A DNA stretch of 64,000 nucleotides, from positions 1-64,000 of the IMG/VR virus record IMGVR_UViG_3300037467_002029. One strand, written 5' to 3'. A model generated the notes under the pieces. That model was not told the DNA's origin and searched no databases. It was given only the letters and a program-made list of their open reading frames with translations. Origin of the DNA: a virus. Lineage: Duplodnaviria; Caudoviricetes. Shown here one piece after another: positions 8,540 through 19,065 of this stretch. Within the stretch, counting starts at the first letter, position 1. Each line of letters starts with the position of its first letter. The position numbers and the translations under genes were made by a program.

Positions 8540-9390
8540 GCTGCCATGACTACACCTATGCTCGCGTCCTCCGACAGATCTTCGAAGAGGGCGAGGTCCG
8601 CACGGACCGCACGGGTGTAGGGACCAAAGCACTCTTCGGCGCGCAGATGCGTTTTGATCTCAGCGACGGCTTTCCGCTGCTGACGACGAAGCGTGTCTAC
8701 TGGAAGGCGATCGTCGAAGAGCTGCTTTGGTTCCTGCGTGGCTCCACAAATGTGAAGGAACTGCAGGCAGCTGGCGTTCACATCTGGGACGAGTGGGCCG
8801 ACGAGAACGGCGATCTTGGACCGGTGTACGGCAAGCAATGGCGGTCGTGGCCGACTGGCAAACAGCACCGCACCTATGATGGAAACATCCAGTTCGCAGG
8901 GATGGCCGATACAACCATTGACCAGATCGACAACGTGGTCGACAGCCTCATCGAGAACCCGGACAGCCGCCGGCACATCGTCACCGCCTGGAACCCGGCC
9001 GAGGTCGACAGCATGAAGCTGCCGCCTTGCCACGTCCTGTTTCAGTTCGATGTCTCCGCGGACAACCGGTTGAATTGCCAGCTCTATCAGCGGTCGGCCG
9101 ACTTCTTCCTGGGCGTCCCCTTCAACATCGCGAGCTACGCGCTGCTCACCATGATGATGGCTCAGGTCACGGGGCTCGAGCCGGGTGAGTTCATCTGGAC
9201 CGGTGGCAACGTCCACCTCTATTTGAACCACCTCGATCAGGCGAACGAGCAGCTGCGGCGCGAACCGTTCAAGTCTCCGACGGTAAGCCTCAACCCCGCA
9301 GTCAGCACCATCGACGGGTTCACCGCCGATGACATCATGCTCGTCAACTACCGCTACCATCCGGCGATCGCCGCGGAGGTGGCGATATGA
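8536..9390 (+). CDS. thyA: Thymidylate synthase
   Basis: [51 protein letters not shown]; GTG start overlapping upstream TGA. Confidence 0.95.
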   Translation: MSCHDYTYARVLRQIFEEGEVRTDRTGVGTKALFGAQMRFDLSDGFPLLTTKRVYWKAIVEELLWFLRGSTNVKELQAAGVHIWDEWADENGDLGPVYGKQWRSWPTGKQHRTYDGNIQFAGMADTTIDQIDNVVDSLIENPDSRRHIVTAWNPAEVDSMKLPPCHVLFQFDVSADNRLNCQLYQRSADFFLGVPFNIASYALLTMMMAQVTGLEPGEFIWTGGNVHLYLNHLDQANEQLRREPFKSPTVSLNPAVSTIDGFTADDIMLVNYRYHPAIAAEVAI

Positions 9391-9899
9391 GGTTCTATGC
9401 GGACTTCACCGGTGCCGACCCGCGCGGGCGTGAACCGGCCTGGGAACAGCCTCCGTTCGAGGACACCGTCGAGATTGGGAGGTACGACGCTCTCGCGCCC
9501 GACGCTGGTGGCTACCCTGATGGCAATCCCAAGACGCTGATGGGCGCGCAGAAGCCAGATCTTTCGGTGATCCCGCCGATCGCACTCCTGCATCTCGCGA
9601 CCGCCATGATGAACGGGGCGAAGAAGTACGGCCCGTTCAACTGGCGGGAGAAGTCGATCAGCGCGCGACCGTACCTGGCTGCTCTCCTGCGCCATGCCGC
9701 ATCCTGCCTCGATGGCGAGGACTATTCGGCAGACACGGTCGAGGCTGAGCTCCCAGTTCACCACCTGGGGCATGTCATGGCCTGCTGCGCGATCTACCTC
9801 GACGCAGAGTCCATCGGGATGCTGAATGACGACCGGCCGAAGGTCAAAGGCAAGACGGGCTCGGCGATCGAAAAGTACGTCAAAGAGAAACGGCTGTGA
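9387..9899 (+). CDS. dATP/dGTP diphosphohydrolase-domain protein (DUF5664-like)
   Basis: KPDLSVIPP...[14 protein letters not shown]...ALLRH...HLGHVMAC. Confidence 0.75.
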   Translation: MRFYADFTGADPRGREPAWEQPPFEDTVEIGRYDALAPDAGGYPDGNPKTLMGAQKPDLSVIPPIALLHLATAMMNGAKKYGPFNWREKSISARPYLAALLRHAASCLDGEDYSADTVEAELPVHHLGHVMACCAIYLDAESIGMLNDDRPKVKGKTGSAIEKYVKEKRL

Positions 9900-10072
9900 G
9901 ACCTCTCATCGGCCTCCTCATCTTCGCCCTGGTCCTCGCTGTCGTGCACGATGCTGCCGACGGTGAGGCCCGCCTTCGCTGCACCCCTGTGCTCGTCGAA
10001 CCCGTCAAGCCGTGCAGTTGGGATCTGTATCGAGAGGAGGGTGGCGTTCCTCTTCGCTGTCGAGCAACCTAG
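9896..10072 (+). CDS. Small protein with N-terminal TM/signal
   Basis: Hand-translated [21 protein letters not shown]...; GTGA overlap. Confidence 0.4.
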   Translation: MRPLIGLLIFALVLAVVHDAADGEARLRCTPVLVEPVKPCSWDLYREEGGVPLRCRAT

Positions 10073-10262
10073 TCTCAATTGCACGGCGGCAATGGCCGGC
10101 ACCAAACAGGGCGTTGATCACCTTCTCGGCGATCAACGCCCATTTCTTTCCAGCGATCGCGTTGCGCCCGACGCGGCTCGAGATCGTCTCATCCTCGTTA
10201 CCGCCGAGGATGGTGTTCCCGAGCTGATCGATCGCGATCAGGAGGCGCGTTACGTAGGCCAT
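10005..10262 (-). CDS. Conserved phage hypothetical protein downstream of tail fibre genes
   Basis: LIAIDQLGNTILGGNEDETISSRVG...HC pattern seen in many phages. Confidence 0.6.
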   Translation of the reverse strand: MAYVTRLLIAIDQLGNTILGGNEDETISSRVGRNAIAGKKWALIAEKVINALFGAGHCRRAIETRLLDSEEERHPPLDTDPNCTA

Positions 10263-10768
10263 CCTGCCTCAATGTCGATCGCGTCGAGCTCGGCCATCGT
10301 TGTGGCCGCTTCGATCTGTTCCTTAAGGACACGCGCGCGTTCGTGGATCGCGGCAACGTATTGGCCCGCGGCCTCCCCCATCAGCATCATACTCGGCGCG
10401 TCGAGAGTGACGACGCTGTTGTCCGCCATCGTCCAGTCGACGGAGAACGCCGCCGACTGCTGCACAGCGAGCATCGCCATTGTGACCGCGCCGTTGATCT
10501 TGATCTTCGAGCTGTCGTCATTGTCGACGGCACCGAACGGCGTCGGCGCCTCGCCGTTCTGCTTCTGGTTCTTGAGATTGTTAACCGCGGCGCGCTTCTG
10601 GGCCTGGTAGTCGGCCAGGATCGGTACGATCTGTCCATCCACGATGTCGTGGAACTCAGGGAGCTCGTCCTCGAGCGTGGCGAGCACAGGCCAGTTGGCG
10701 TAACCGGCCAGATCTCCGACGCATTCGCGCTCTCCGTTGAGGGGGTTCTCGACGATGTACTGGGTCAC
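10250..10768 (-). CDS. Tail fibre assembly/chaperone, DUF4376-like
   Basis: WTMADNSVVTLDA...ARVLKEQIEAATTMAELDAI...W; follows fibre. Confidence 0.7.
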   Translation of the reverse strand: MTQYIVENPLNGERECVGDLAGYANWPVLATLEDELPEFHDIVDGQIVPILADYQAQKRAAVNNLKNQKQNGEAPTPFGAVDNDDSSKIKINGAVTMAMLAVQQSAAFSVDWTMADNSVVTLDAPSMMLMGEAAGQYVAAIHERARVLKEQIEAATTMAELDAIDIEAGWPT

Positions 10769-12921
10769 GAGATGAACACTCCCCCTCCGTACGGCACAAT
10801 CTGACTGAAACTGGCGCTATTCGTCGGATAGGCAAAAGTGTTGACGCTATCGACCGCAGCCAGACAGCAGACGATGCGGAACGAATAGGCCGTGCTGGCC
10901 GACAAGCCGGTGACATTGACCGTCGCGTTCACCGTGCCCGATGAGGCGATCCTCATACCGAGCTCGTCGTCGTAATCCATGTAGGGGTCAGGGTTCGAGT
11001 GCAGCACCGACCCCTGATCGGTCCACGTACCGCTAATCAGGCGCTGTACCTTATAGAGCACATCCCACGGTCCGTCTTGATCAGATGCCTTAGCCATGCG
11101 CGGGTTCAGGTAGAGCAGAACATTGACTGAGGTCTGCGACGAGCCGGTCGTGAAGTTCAGAGTGTTCGAGACGACCTGATAAGTGCCGTAGCTAGAAGTG
11201 ATGGCGGTGAAACCACTCGTCTGGCTTGCTCCGGATCCGCCGGTTCCCCCTGACCCGCTGCCGTTGGATGGCGGTGCGAGGACCAGCCTCAATGTCGTGA
11301 AGTAGGTGCGGGTTATGCCCGCCGACACGACAGTGATCTTGAGCTGAGTGTCGGCGGTCATCGAGGTAACCGTCAAGGTACCCACGCCACCGCTGACGGT
11401 GATGTTTTGTGGACCGGAGGAGCTGGTGAAGCCATTCACGTTCCCGGACAGGACAGTGAAGGTCATCGTGACCCCCGAGCTGACGACGGCGCCGGCCGTG
11501 CCGCTGCGGAGGTAATAGTTCAGGTCAACGTTCTGCTGGATCGTCGTGCCAGTGCTGTCGTAGGTGACTGTGGCCGAGGTTGGGCCATCGACATAGTTGG
11601 AGATCGAGGCGTCGACGCCGCTGATTGCGTTCGCAACCTGCTGCAGCGCCCAGACATATTGGTTGTAGCGCCCGACCAACCCGTGTCGGCCCATCTTCGT
11701 CCAATCGCCGATCACGACGTACGGACAACCCAGCACGTCCAACGAGCCGGTGCCGGCGACATTGTAATTAACGAAGGTGTCCCCATCGGCGCAAACAGCC
11801 GGATAAAGCTGGAGTCCCGCGCTCGTGTTGCCCGCTGGTGTGTTAACGAGCGACAGACGGAAGAACCACTCCGAGCCCAAATCCAGCACTTCTAGCTCCG
11901 AAGTGCTTCCAGCAGGGAGACCGCCGGTCCCCAGTCGTGCCTCCGCCGTATACGGATTGAATACAAGGTCGAGGTAACCGCCACCGTTCAGGTAAATGCG
12001 AAGCAAGCCCCAGTTGACAGTATGTGTGGCGCTTTTCTTGATGGCGACACCAGCGGTAATGATCTGCCCAGCGCCCACAGCGATGCCGTCAGCGTACAGA
12101 TCCCTGAACTGCGTTCCATCGCTGTCAGTTACGGTGGTGTAGACGCCGTTAGCCGCGGTCGTCGTGCCGCTCGCGGTCCAGCCATCTGGGAATACCTGTC
12201 GAGCGGAAGATAGCGCCGACGTATAGATCGACGTGTCTTGAGTGGTGTCATTCCATTTGGGGTTATAACTGTTCAGCAGGTACTTCCAGTTGGCTCGCAC
12301 GAAATCCAGCGTGGCGTGGCTCACGCCCAGCGCATCGGCCCGCGTCACCATCGAATTCCAAGCCGTCTCGAGCCCAGCGGCCTTGGACACCAGATCGTTG
12401 ATCTTCTCGCTGGCCGAGAGGATGTTATCACTGGCGATCGAACTCAGGATCGCTGAGTTGAGGATGCCCTCAACCCCTGTCAGCGCGGCCAGGTTGGCCG
12501 GGATACCTGAGAGGTTCGAGCCCCAAACAGCACCATTCGTGGCCGCGAGCTCGGTCTTGCCGAGACGGACTTTCGTCAGCCAGAGGTTGTGCTGCATGGG
12601 TGACGCAGCGGGCGTAACCGTGAACCGGCAATTGCCAGACTTGGCACCGGTCGGAGGCAACATCTTGAACTGCTTCAGAGTCTCGGGGATCGAGGCATCG
12701 ATCGCCACATCGGCATAAGTGGACGTGAGCGATCCCCCGGCTGCATCAAACCAAAGGAGCTCAGCGCGGAGGGTCGCTACGCCTGCTCCCGTAACCCGCG
12801 TGGCCTTGATATGGTAGCTTAGCCAGAGCGGCTCTCCAGGCGTGAAGTTGGTGAACGTCGGGGACGTGAACGTGTGCGAGGTGCCAACGTCGCCCGACGC
12901 AAGATAGAGCGAGTAGGTCAT
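10765..12921 (-). CDS. Tail fibre / receptor-binding protein
   Basis: 718 aa, Gly/Ser/Thr-rich beta modules, follows J. Confidence 0.7.
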   Translation of the reverse strand: MTYSLYLASGDVGTSHTFTSPTFTNFTPGEPLWLSYHIKATRVTGAGVATLRAELLWFDAAGGSLTSTYADVAIDASIPETLKQFKMLPPTGAKSGNCRFTVTPAASPMQHNLWLTKVRLGKTELAATNGAVWGSNLSGIPANLAALTGVEGILNSAILSSIASDNILSASEKINDLVSKAAGLETAWNSMVTRADALGVSHATLDFVRANWKYLLNSYNPKWNDTTQDTSIYTSALSSARQVFPDGWTASGTTTAANGVYTTVTDSDGTQFRDLYADGIAVGAGQIITAGVAIKKSATHTVNWGLLRIYLNGGGYLDLVFNPYTAEARLGTGGLPAGSTSELEVLDLGSEWFFRLSLVNTPAGNTSAGLQLYPAVCADGDTFVNYNVAGTGSLDVLGCPYVVIGDWTKMGRHGLVGRYNQYVWALQQVANAISGVDASISNYVDGPTSATVTYDSTGTTIQQNVDLNYYLRSGTAGAVVSSGVTMTFTVLSGNVNGFTSSSGPQNITVSGGVGTLTVTSMTADTQLKITVVSAGITRTYFTTLRLVLAPPSNGSGSGGTGGSGASQTSGFTAITSSYGTYQVVSNTLNFTTGSSQTSVNVLLYLNPRMAKASDQDGPWDVLYKVQRLISGTWTDQGSVLHSNPDPYMDYDDELGMRIASSGTVNATVNVTGLSASTAYSFRIVCCLAAVDSVNTFAYPTNSASFSQIVPYGGGVFIS

Positions 12922-15900
12922 GCGCGTTGCACCCGAAATCGGCCGTTGCGGCTCCAGGGCACGCCGGCCGGCGGTTCATAGATTTCCCCGCCAGGATCCG
13001 GGGTCGGGGTGCCTCCCGAGTCGATCGTGCCCTGAACCGTGCCGGTCCAAGCGCTGTCCGGGATGATGCTGTCGTTGGGCGTGGTTTGATCATCACGCAC
13101 CAAGTTGACGCTCGAGCTCGCGCCGCTCACCGCGCCGGTTACCGTGACGGTGACGCGCGTGTTCGAACCGAAGTCAGCAAGCGAAAGGGTTCGCGTCGTT
13201 GCACCTGCGGCACCGCCGAGCGTGACGGTCGGTGAGGTTGTCCAATTGAGGGCCTCGCTGGTGTTCTGTCTGGTCGCGGTGAGCGTCACCACCTGCGAGG
13301 TGTTGAAGGGGATGCCGTCAATGAAGTCGAAGGTGCCGTCGTCAGCATTCAGCGAGATCGTCGGTCCAGCCGGGCCCGTGGCGCCCGTGGCACCCTGCCC
13401 GACCCTGACGACGCTGATCTGGTCGGACAGGGTGACGCCATCCGTCAGTGTGCCCTTGACGATGACACCGAGGGTTCCATTGCGAACGGCATTGAACTGG
13501 GCAACCGTCATTGTGACTGTGTCACCAGTCGTGGCGCTCAGGCCGGCGGCTGCGCTCTGAATGGCCCCGTTGGCGTCGTACACCGACCAGGTGACGACCG
13601 CGGTCGTGTTCTGCTTCTGGGCGGTGAAGGTGACCGTCTGGACGGCCGGCGTCGGATTGCCCGCGGAATCAAAGAGAAGCGTCTGACGGTCACTGATGAC
13701 ATAGAGCAGCTTGGCGTTCGCGCCGCCCTTGCTCTTGCTGATCGTATAGACCTTATCAATCACGTAGCTGAACCAGACCGCGCGGAATGTGACAGTGGCG
13801 GTATCAGCCGTCAGGGCCGTGATTGCGTACGTTCCGTCGGTGCCGATCGTCGCCGTCGCGCCGCTTTGAGCTTGGACACTGAAGACGACATCGGTATTGA
13901 TTTGACCGGCAGGGCTGTAGAGAATGAACTGGCCGCCCGCCCCGGCCAAGCTGAAGCCGGTTCCGTCTGCTGCCGAGGCCACGGTGTGACTCTCGTTGGT
14001 AAGAAATCCGACCGGTGCAAACTCCGGCAGGGTGTCGATAACGATGTCGTCGTACAGCGGAAGCGACAATCGATTGTGATTGTCGATCGTGTAGACCCGG
14101 AACTCGTGGTGCCCAGACTCCGGTGACGCGAGCTCAAACTTAAGGTCCGTCGTGAAGCCGAGCTGGATCCACGGGCTGTCGTTTAGACGCCGCTCGATGC
14201 GATAGCCCTTGATGTGACCAAACACAGGGCGTTGCCAGCTGGCGGTGAGCAGCCGTGTCGTCGCCACAGCGTCGGAAACCGTGTTGAGCTGAAGAACACC
14301 AGCAGCTGGTGCGACCGGCGAGGGTACATCACCGCCCGAGCCGTCATAGCCGGGCATGTGATAATCATAATCCCCGAGGTCGGCCGCGTCGTACTTTCCG
14401 GTATCGACTTCGATCGCGTTGATCGTGACGCGCTCGCCGTCGTCGTTGTAGTCGGCGTCGATGACACGATAGACCTTCGGCACGCTGGGAAGACCAAGTG
14501 CGGAGAGCGCAATGTTCGCGTTCTCGGCGACGTCAGCCGGCAGTGGTGAGTTGATGAAGATCTCGCGGACATCACCTCGCTGCCCCGCCGAGTTGGTGAC
14601 CGTGCGAGTGATTGTGACCGTCGGCTGCTGCCAGGTTGGATCGCTCGGTGCCGTCGTGCTGTCGGGGTCGTAGGCAGGGTTCGGCGTTGTGACCGCAATC
14701 GTGTAGTTAACGCCCAGCTCGATGCGGATCGTGTCTCGCAGAACAATCGAGCTTCCCTTATTTTCAACGATCCGACCGGTTGTGCGCTTGGTGTCGTCGA
14801 GCGTCTGATTGAGCGAGCCGTCCGCAATGAGGATCCAGTTGAACCGCTCGAGCAGCTTGCCTTGGCGATTGGTGGTGAAGCTGACGTTGCGGAACTCGTT
14901 GACGTTGGTCCGCATCTTGAGAATTGCCCAGCGGACCGCTTGCTGGCGATGGGTGCAGCCGATCGCGACGACTTTGGTCGGCTTACGGCCGAACAGCGCG
15001 ATGTGGTCCGGATCCTCGATCTTGACCCGGTCCTCGCGGTAATCGAACTCCTCGTTCAGGAAGACGACGGTGACGTCGTTAAAGCGTGTGTCGACGTCCG
15101 TGTGGCTGTAATTGAACTCGCCTTCGATGTTCTCGTGGGTGAAGAGCGCAGCCGGGGCCTGCGGCTTGTCGACTACACAGCGCCACTCGCCCTCGCCTTC
15201 ATCCCAAGCCGTCGCGGCGCACGCGCCGGCCAGGTACCGAATGAACTCGTCGCTACGCTGAGCCTCGCTGACAGCGAGGTTGAGCGAGAAGCGTGGATGC
15301 TGCCCGCCGTCGCCGTTCGAGACCAGCTGCGAGCAGTATTTTGAGAGCTCAAGGGCATCCCACTTGTTGAGCTGCGCGCCGGGGACCAGCCGCGCGATGC
15401 CCGAAAGGGAGTCGGTGATCGCGTCGTTGATGACCCATGCTGGGTCATTGGTGTACGATTTCGCCCAGGAACCGTCCCAGATCGCACCAGTGTAGACGCG
15501 CGTGTCGGGGTTGAAGACCGTCGACGGCGGCACCGACACGATCTTCGTGTCGTAAACGCCATCCATCTCGGGGATGCCGTTGAAACTGTCGCTGGCCTTG
15601 CCGTACAGCTGGAGCCACGCGAGGCCCCGCCAATCCTCGTGATCACCGAGCGCGGTATCATAGACCGCGGTGATCGACTCCCAATTGAGCGTCCGCTTCT
15701 CGAAATTGGGGTCAGCGTCGAGGCTCTCGTTCTCGACCAGGCGGCACCGAACGTCCCACCCGACATTCGCGTAGGTGCCGCTGTTCGGCACCTTGATCCG
15801 GAGCTCCTTGACAAAGGGACTCGTCGTTTTGCCGTTGATCGTGAGGTAGGAGCCGTATGCTCCGGAGCTGATTGCGTTGTATGTGGCTTGCGTCAGGATT

Positions 15901-16481
15901 TGCTTGACGGTGCTGCCGAACCCGTCGTCCAAATCATATCCGTTGGGGTTCCAAGCTGGTAGCGTATTGCCATTGGCGTTAAAGGGATTGATCCAGGTGG
16001 TCGTGCCCACCGGCTTCATCTGGATCTCGACGCTGGCGGTCGTGCCGTAGATCCCCTTCTTGTCCTGCCTGTAGAGCTGGCTGACGTCGAAGCGCAGATC
16101 GAGGCTCTGAGCGCCCGTGTTGGTGACGGTGCGCGTGACCCAGACCGAGTTTGTCCCGCCGATGTTTCGGAGCTGGACACCAATATTCAGGGGAGCTCCG
16201 GCTGCGCCCAGCCGAAGCGAGACCTTTTGCGGAAACTTGAGCGGGTCACCGTCGGCGAATATCGCCTGGAAGTCCTGGAAGTTTTGATTGCCGCTCGTGT
16301 CCTCGATCGGGGTCTGGTTGACCCTGATCGATTTCATGCCGTTGGTCGGCCCTTTGATAGGACCGACGCAGAGTCCGAGTAGACCTTCGAAGGTGTCGTT
16401 TGACCGGAGCGTGTCAGGGCGCGTGGTGAACTTACTGCCCCCACCCCCGCTCGGTCCTGCACCGCTGATCGTCAGCTCCAT
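12918..16481 (-). CDS. Tail tip / central fibre protein (lambda J-like)
   Basis: GLLGLCVGPIKG, YTNDPAWVINDAIT, HPRFSLN, AIGCTHRQQAVRWA, FnIII-like and Ig-like C-terminal region. Confidence 0.85.
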   Translation of the reverse strand: MELTISGAGPSGGGGSKFTTRPDTLRSNDTFEGLLGLCVGPIKGPTNGMKSIRVNQTPIEDTSGNQNFQDFQAIFADGDPLKFPQKVSLRLGAAGAPLNIGVQLRNIGGTNSVWVTRTVTNTGAQSLDLRFDVSQLYRQDKKGIYGTTASVEIQMKPVGTTTWINPFNANGNTLPAWNPNGYDLDDGFGSTVKQILTQATYNAISSGAYGSYLTINGKTTSPFVKELRIKVPNSGTYANVGWDVRCRLVENESLDADPNFEKRTLNWESITAVYDTALGDHEDWRGLAWLQLYGKASDSFNGIPEMDGVYDTKIVSVPPSTVFNPDTRVYTGAIWDGSWAKSYTNDPAWVINDAITDSLSGIARLVPGAQLNKWDALELSKYCSQLVSNGDGGQHPRFSLNLAVSEAQRSDEFIRYLAGACAATAWDEGEGEWRCVVDKPQAPAALFTHENIEGEFNYSHTDVDTRFNDVTVVFLNEEFDYREDRVKIEDPDHIALFGRKPTKVVAIGCTHRQQAVRWAILKMRTNVNEFRNVSFTTNRQGKLLERFNWILIADGSLNQTLDDTKRTTGRIVENKGSSIVLRDTIRIELGVNYTIAVTTPNPAYDPDSTTAPSDPTWQQPTVTITRTVTNSAGQRGDVREIFINSPLPADVAENANIALSALGLPSVPKVYRVIDADYNDDGERVTINAIEVDTGKYDAADLGDYDYHMPGYDGSGGDVPSPVAPAAGVLQLNTVSDAVATTRLLTASWQRPVFGHIKGYRIERRLNDSPWIQLGFTTDLKFELASPESGHHEFRVYTIDNHNRLSLPLYDDIVIDTLPEFAPVGFLTNESHTVASAADGTGFSLAGAGGQFILYSPAGQINTDVVFSVQAQSGATATIGTDGTYAITALTADTATVTFRAVWFSYVIDKVYTISKSKGGANAKLLYVISDRQTLLFDSAGNPTPAVQTVTFTAQKQNTTAVVTWSVYDANGAIQSAAAGLSATTGDTVTMTVAQFNAVRNGTLGVIVKGTLTDGVTLSDQISVVRVGQGATGATGPAGPTISLNADDGTFDFIDGIPFNTSQVVTLTATRQNTSEALNWTTSPTVTLGGAAGATTRTLSLADFGSNTRVTVTVTGAVSGASSSVNLVRDDQTTPNDSIIPDSAWTGTVQGTIDSGGTPTPDPGGEIYEPPAGVPWSRNGRFRVQRA

Positions 16482-16532
16482 CGGTGAGGCTATGACCTCA
16501 CCGCCGCGGTGAACTCACGGATGGACTGTGAC

Positions 16533-16904
16533 TTAGGTGACCACCACGATCTTGAGAGGCTCTGGCAGGCGCGCGAATACCCACGGGAACCGCCGCTGTC
16601 CTTCAGCAAGCAGATGGACGGGCGTCATCACAATGGTCGGACAAAAGATGGTGCTGTTCGATCCAGGGCGTTTGTCGACAGTGTTATCCCACCACGACAA
16701 TGCAGTGTAACCGAGGGAGCCGATCCGGCTGAACACGGCGCGGTAGGGCGTTCGATCATTGAAGGGCGCCAGCTTTCCGTCAAAAAGGGACAGCCTCTCC
16801 AAGATTGGTCGACCGTAGCCATGAGTTCCCGACCGGCCTTCAGGGAAGATGTAGTGGCCGGCCTGGTCACCGCAGCCGAAGTAGCACCAAGGCCTGTCGC
16901 TCAC
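16533..16904 (-). CDS. Phage hypothetical protein
   Basis: YFGC...GHY...WWDNTVDKRPGSNS; ATGA-coupled to upstream gene. Confidence 0.6.
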   Translation of the reverse strand: MSDRPWCYFGCGDQAGHYIFPEGRSGTHGYGRPILERLSLFDGKLAPFNDRTPYRAVFSRIGSLGYTALSWWDNTVDKRPGSNSTIFCPTIVMTPVHLLAEGQRRFPWVFARLPEPLKIVVVT

Positions 16905-18136
16905 GCGGCGAACGCCCTGCGTGGTGGCGCGGATTTGAGCGACAGCCGATCCCAGACCTCCTGGATCGGTAGCACACGCCGACCGACTTCACCGTATGTG
17001 CGGCTGCGGAGAACCATCGTGATCATCCGGCGGCTGCGATATCCACCCTCGTGGGCCCACTTGTCGGGGGCTGCGAGGATGTTGAAGCTCTCGACGCTGA
17101 CGCCGGGGTGTTCCTTGACGACCATCTTGTGGTGGACGTGGCCGATGTCGATGTAGTGGAACTCGGTCTCGCCGTAGTCCTGGCGGAAGTCCGTCGTCAT
17201 GACGTGCGCCAGCTGATGCGGCCGACACTTGTCGGAGTGGTGGGTCATCACCAGCGTGTTGCCCATCCTGTATGCGATGAAGACGTTGTCGTTGTTGAGG
17301 ACGTGGACGCGCCCCGTGTGCCCGAATGCGACCCGGAGAAGCTCAGCCATCCAGATGTCGTTGGTGCGGCTGTGGTTGCCCTGGTTGACGATCACGTCGA
17401 CGTGCTGGGCCTTCTCCAACGCCTTCTCGACGATCCAGCGCATGACGCGGCTGTAGACCTTGATCATCTTCGGGAACCGACCGTCAGCGTCAAGCCTGTG
17501 GCCGCTGGCCTCGGTCTCCGCGCGGAAGTTCTCGTAGTGGGTGAAGTCACCAAGGTCGTTGATGACCATGCGCTCGCATGCCGGAGCTTCGTCGATCAGC
17601 AGTCCGATTGCACCGCACAACTCGGCTTCGGCGATCTTCAGGTCGAAGTTGACGCCAGTCTCCGCCGCGTGAGCGAGCATTCCGAAGTGAGCGTCGCCGA
17701 TCTGGATCCACGGGATGACGTCAGTCTGAAAGTCGAGCGGCGCTTCAGCGACGGTGGCGGGCTCTACACCTTCGACAAATCCGTCGACGGCCTCACGGAC
17801 CTGCTCGAGCCACAGCGCGTCAGGATGTTGCCGCTCCCATGTCTGGATGACCGAACCGTCGGCGTTCCGATGGACCGTCACCTTCCCCATCGTATAGCCG
17901 GCGGCGACCCCGGCCACCCAGTTGCCCGGGGCGAAGCCCTGAGCGGCGGCTTTCTTCTTCACCGCCTTGACCGCACCCTGAACAACCTGATGCTTGACGC
18001 CAAAACGCCGCGCCGCCTCCATCACACCGACCTCGTTCACGGCGTCGATGTACTGGGCTTGGATTCGCGTCGCGAATTCCTTCAGGCGAGGATCTACCTT
18101 TGGCGCAGGGCCATTATCGTTGTCACCGCGGGGCAT
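16901..18136 (-). CDS. HTH plus calcineurin-like metallophosphoesterase
   Basis: GDAHFG, DLGDFTH, GNH, HHSDK, GHVHH motifs; N-terminal EAARRFGV HTH. Confidence 0.8.
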   Translation of the reverse strand: MPRGDNDNGPAPKVDPRLKEFATRIQAQYIDAVNEVGVMEAARRFGVKHQVVQGAVKAVKKKAAAQGFAPGNWVAGVAAGYTMGKVTVHRNADGSVIQTWERQHPDALWLEQVREAVDGFVEGVEPATVAEAPLDFQTDVIPWIQIGDAHFGMLAHAAETGVNFDLKIAEAELCGAIGLLIDEAPACERMVINDLGDFTHYENFRAETEASGHRLDADGRFPKMIKVYSRVMRWIVEKALEKAQHVDVIVNQGNHSRTNDIWMAELLRVAFGHTGRVHVLNNDNVFIAYRMGNTLVMTHHSDKCRPHQLAHVMTTDFRQDYGETEFHYIDIGHVHHKMVVKEHPGVSVESFNILAAPDKWAHEGGYRSRRMITMVLRSRTYGEVGRRVLPIQEVWDRLSLKSAPPRRAFAA

Positions 18137-18145
18137 AGAGATTCC

Positions 18146-18709
18146 TCAACTTGTGGTTGCGGGGAAGGACGTCGTCACGAGATCGTTCGAGTCCACCTGA
18201 ACGGAGAGCCAGTGCCCGGCCAGCTTGATCCGGCCCCAGGCCATGGTGATCAGCGTCCCGATGGTGGTCGTGTTTTTGTTATTTCCCAGATATTTGGAGG
18301 CTGGCGGGTCGGAAGACTTGTCGACCGTCGGAGCCTTCATGAAGAGCTGTGAGATCCCCATCAGCGCCATTGAGGCGCCGGCGCTGAACAAGATCGAGCT
18401 GACAGCTACGCCAGCGATTTGGCCCAGCCCGGGGATGAACGCTGCTCCGATCAGTGCCGCGCCGAGGATGATCTGGCCAAACTTACCGCCGCCGCCATAC
18501 ATGCTCGGCACGAGGTGGATCTCGACGGCGTCCGTCGGCGCGCGCAGCTTCTCCTCGGTGTCGAAATCGAGGACATCAATACGAAGCTCACGCGGCCAGT
18601 CCGGGAGCTGACGTGACAATCCTTCGATCGCATCGGCCGGTACGTCGGTTTGGATCTCGAACTCGCGTCCGAACCGGTCGGCGAGCACTCCGTGGAGAAT
18701 GATCTTCAT
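18146..18709 (-). CDS. Tail assembly protein I-like
   Basis: IILHGVLADRFGREF...IHLVPSMYGGGG, hydrophobic Gly/Ala stretch, WGRIKLAGH. Confidence 0.8.
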   Translation of the reverse strand: MKIILHGVLADRFGREFEIQTDVPADAIEGLSRQLPDWPRELRIDVLDFDTEEKLRAPTDAVEIHLVPSMYGGGGKFGQIILGAALIGAAFIPGLGQIAGVAVSSILFSAGASMALMGISQLFMKAPTVDKSSDPPASKYLGNNKNTTTIGTLITMAWGRIKLAGHWLSVQVDSNDLVTTSFPATTS

Positions 18710-19065
18710 GCGTTCACCACCACGTCGTCCTCGAGGACTTTGAAGGTGGCGACAGTTGGCTTGCCGTCGCGGATGCCGACAATGTGATGCTGGAGGCTCG
18801 GCCAGGCGCGAAAGCCGTTCATGTCCTCTTCGGACAGGTTGGGGTCACGCCCGGGGTGGGTGTGCCACGTTGCGACAGCCCCGGCGGCGAGCTGCTCGAA
18901 GAATGCCTTCGGGTCGATATGAAAACCCTTTTCGGGTTCTGCATGGATATTGGGCAGCTGCACGACGTCACCGTCGGCTGTGATGATCCCGCAGCACTCC
19001 GGCTCGCCAAAGCGCAGGTCATCTGCCTCAACGAAGTCAAGCAGATTGGACGCGATATCGGTCAC
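18706..19065 (-). CDS. JAB/MPN-domain tail assembly protein (K N-terminal-like)
   Basis: ECCG...WHTHP...LSEED. Confidence 0.75.
   Translation of the reverse strand: MTDIASNLLDFVEADDLRFGEPECCGIITADGDVVQLPNIHAEPEKGFHIDPKAFFEQLAAGAVATWHTHPGRDPNLSEEDMNGFRAWPSLQHHIVGIRDGKPTVATFKVLEDDVVVNA

Noticed and set aside
8536-9390. ThyA as a base-modifying hydroxymethylase (GGNVHLY instead of GDxHxY)
   Set aside because: The dUMP-specifying Asn (PFNIASY) and PCH are intact; as I recall, T4 thymidylate synthase also has Asn at this position
12900-13000. Programmed frameshift fusing J to the fibre gene
   Set aside because: The fibre frame has a TGA shortly upstream and no slippery heptamer lies in the remaining window; plain ATGA coupling suffices
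10765-16481. Diversity-generating retroelement or invertible fibre cassette
   Set aside because: No reverse transcriptase, template/variable repeat pair or invertase found
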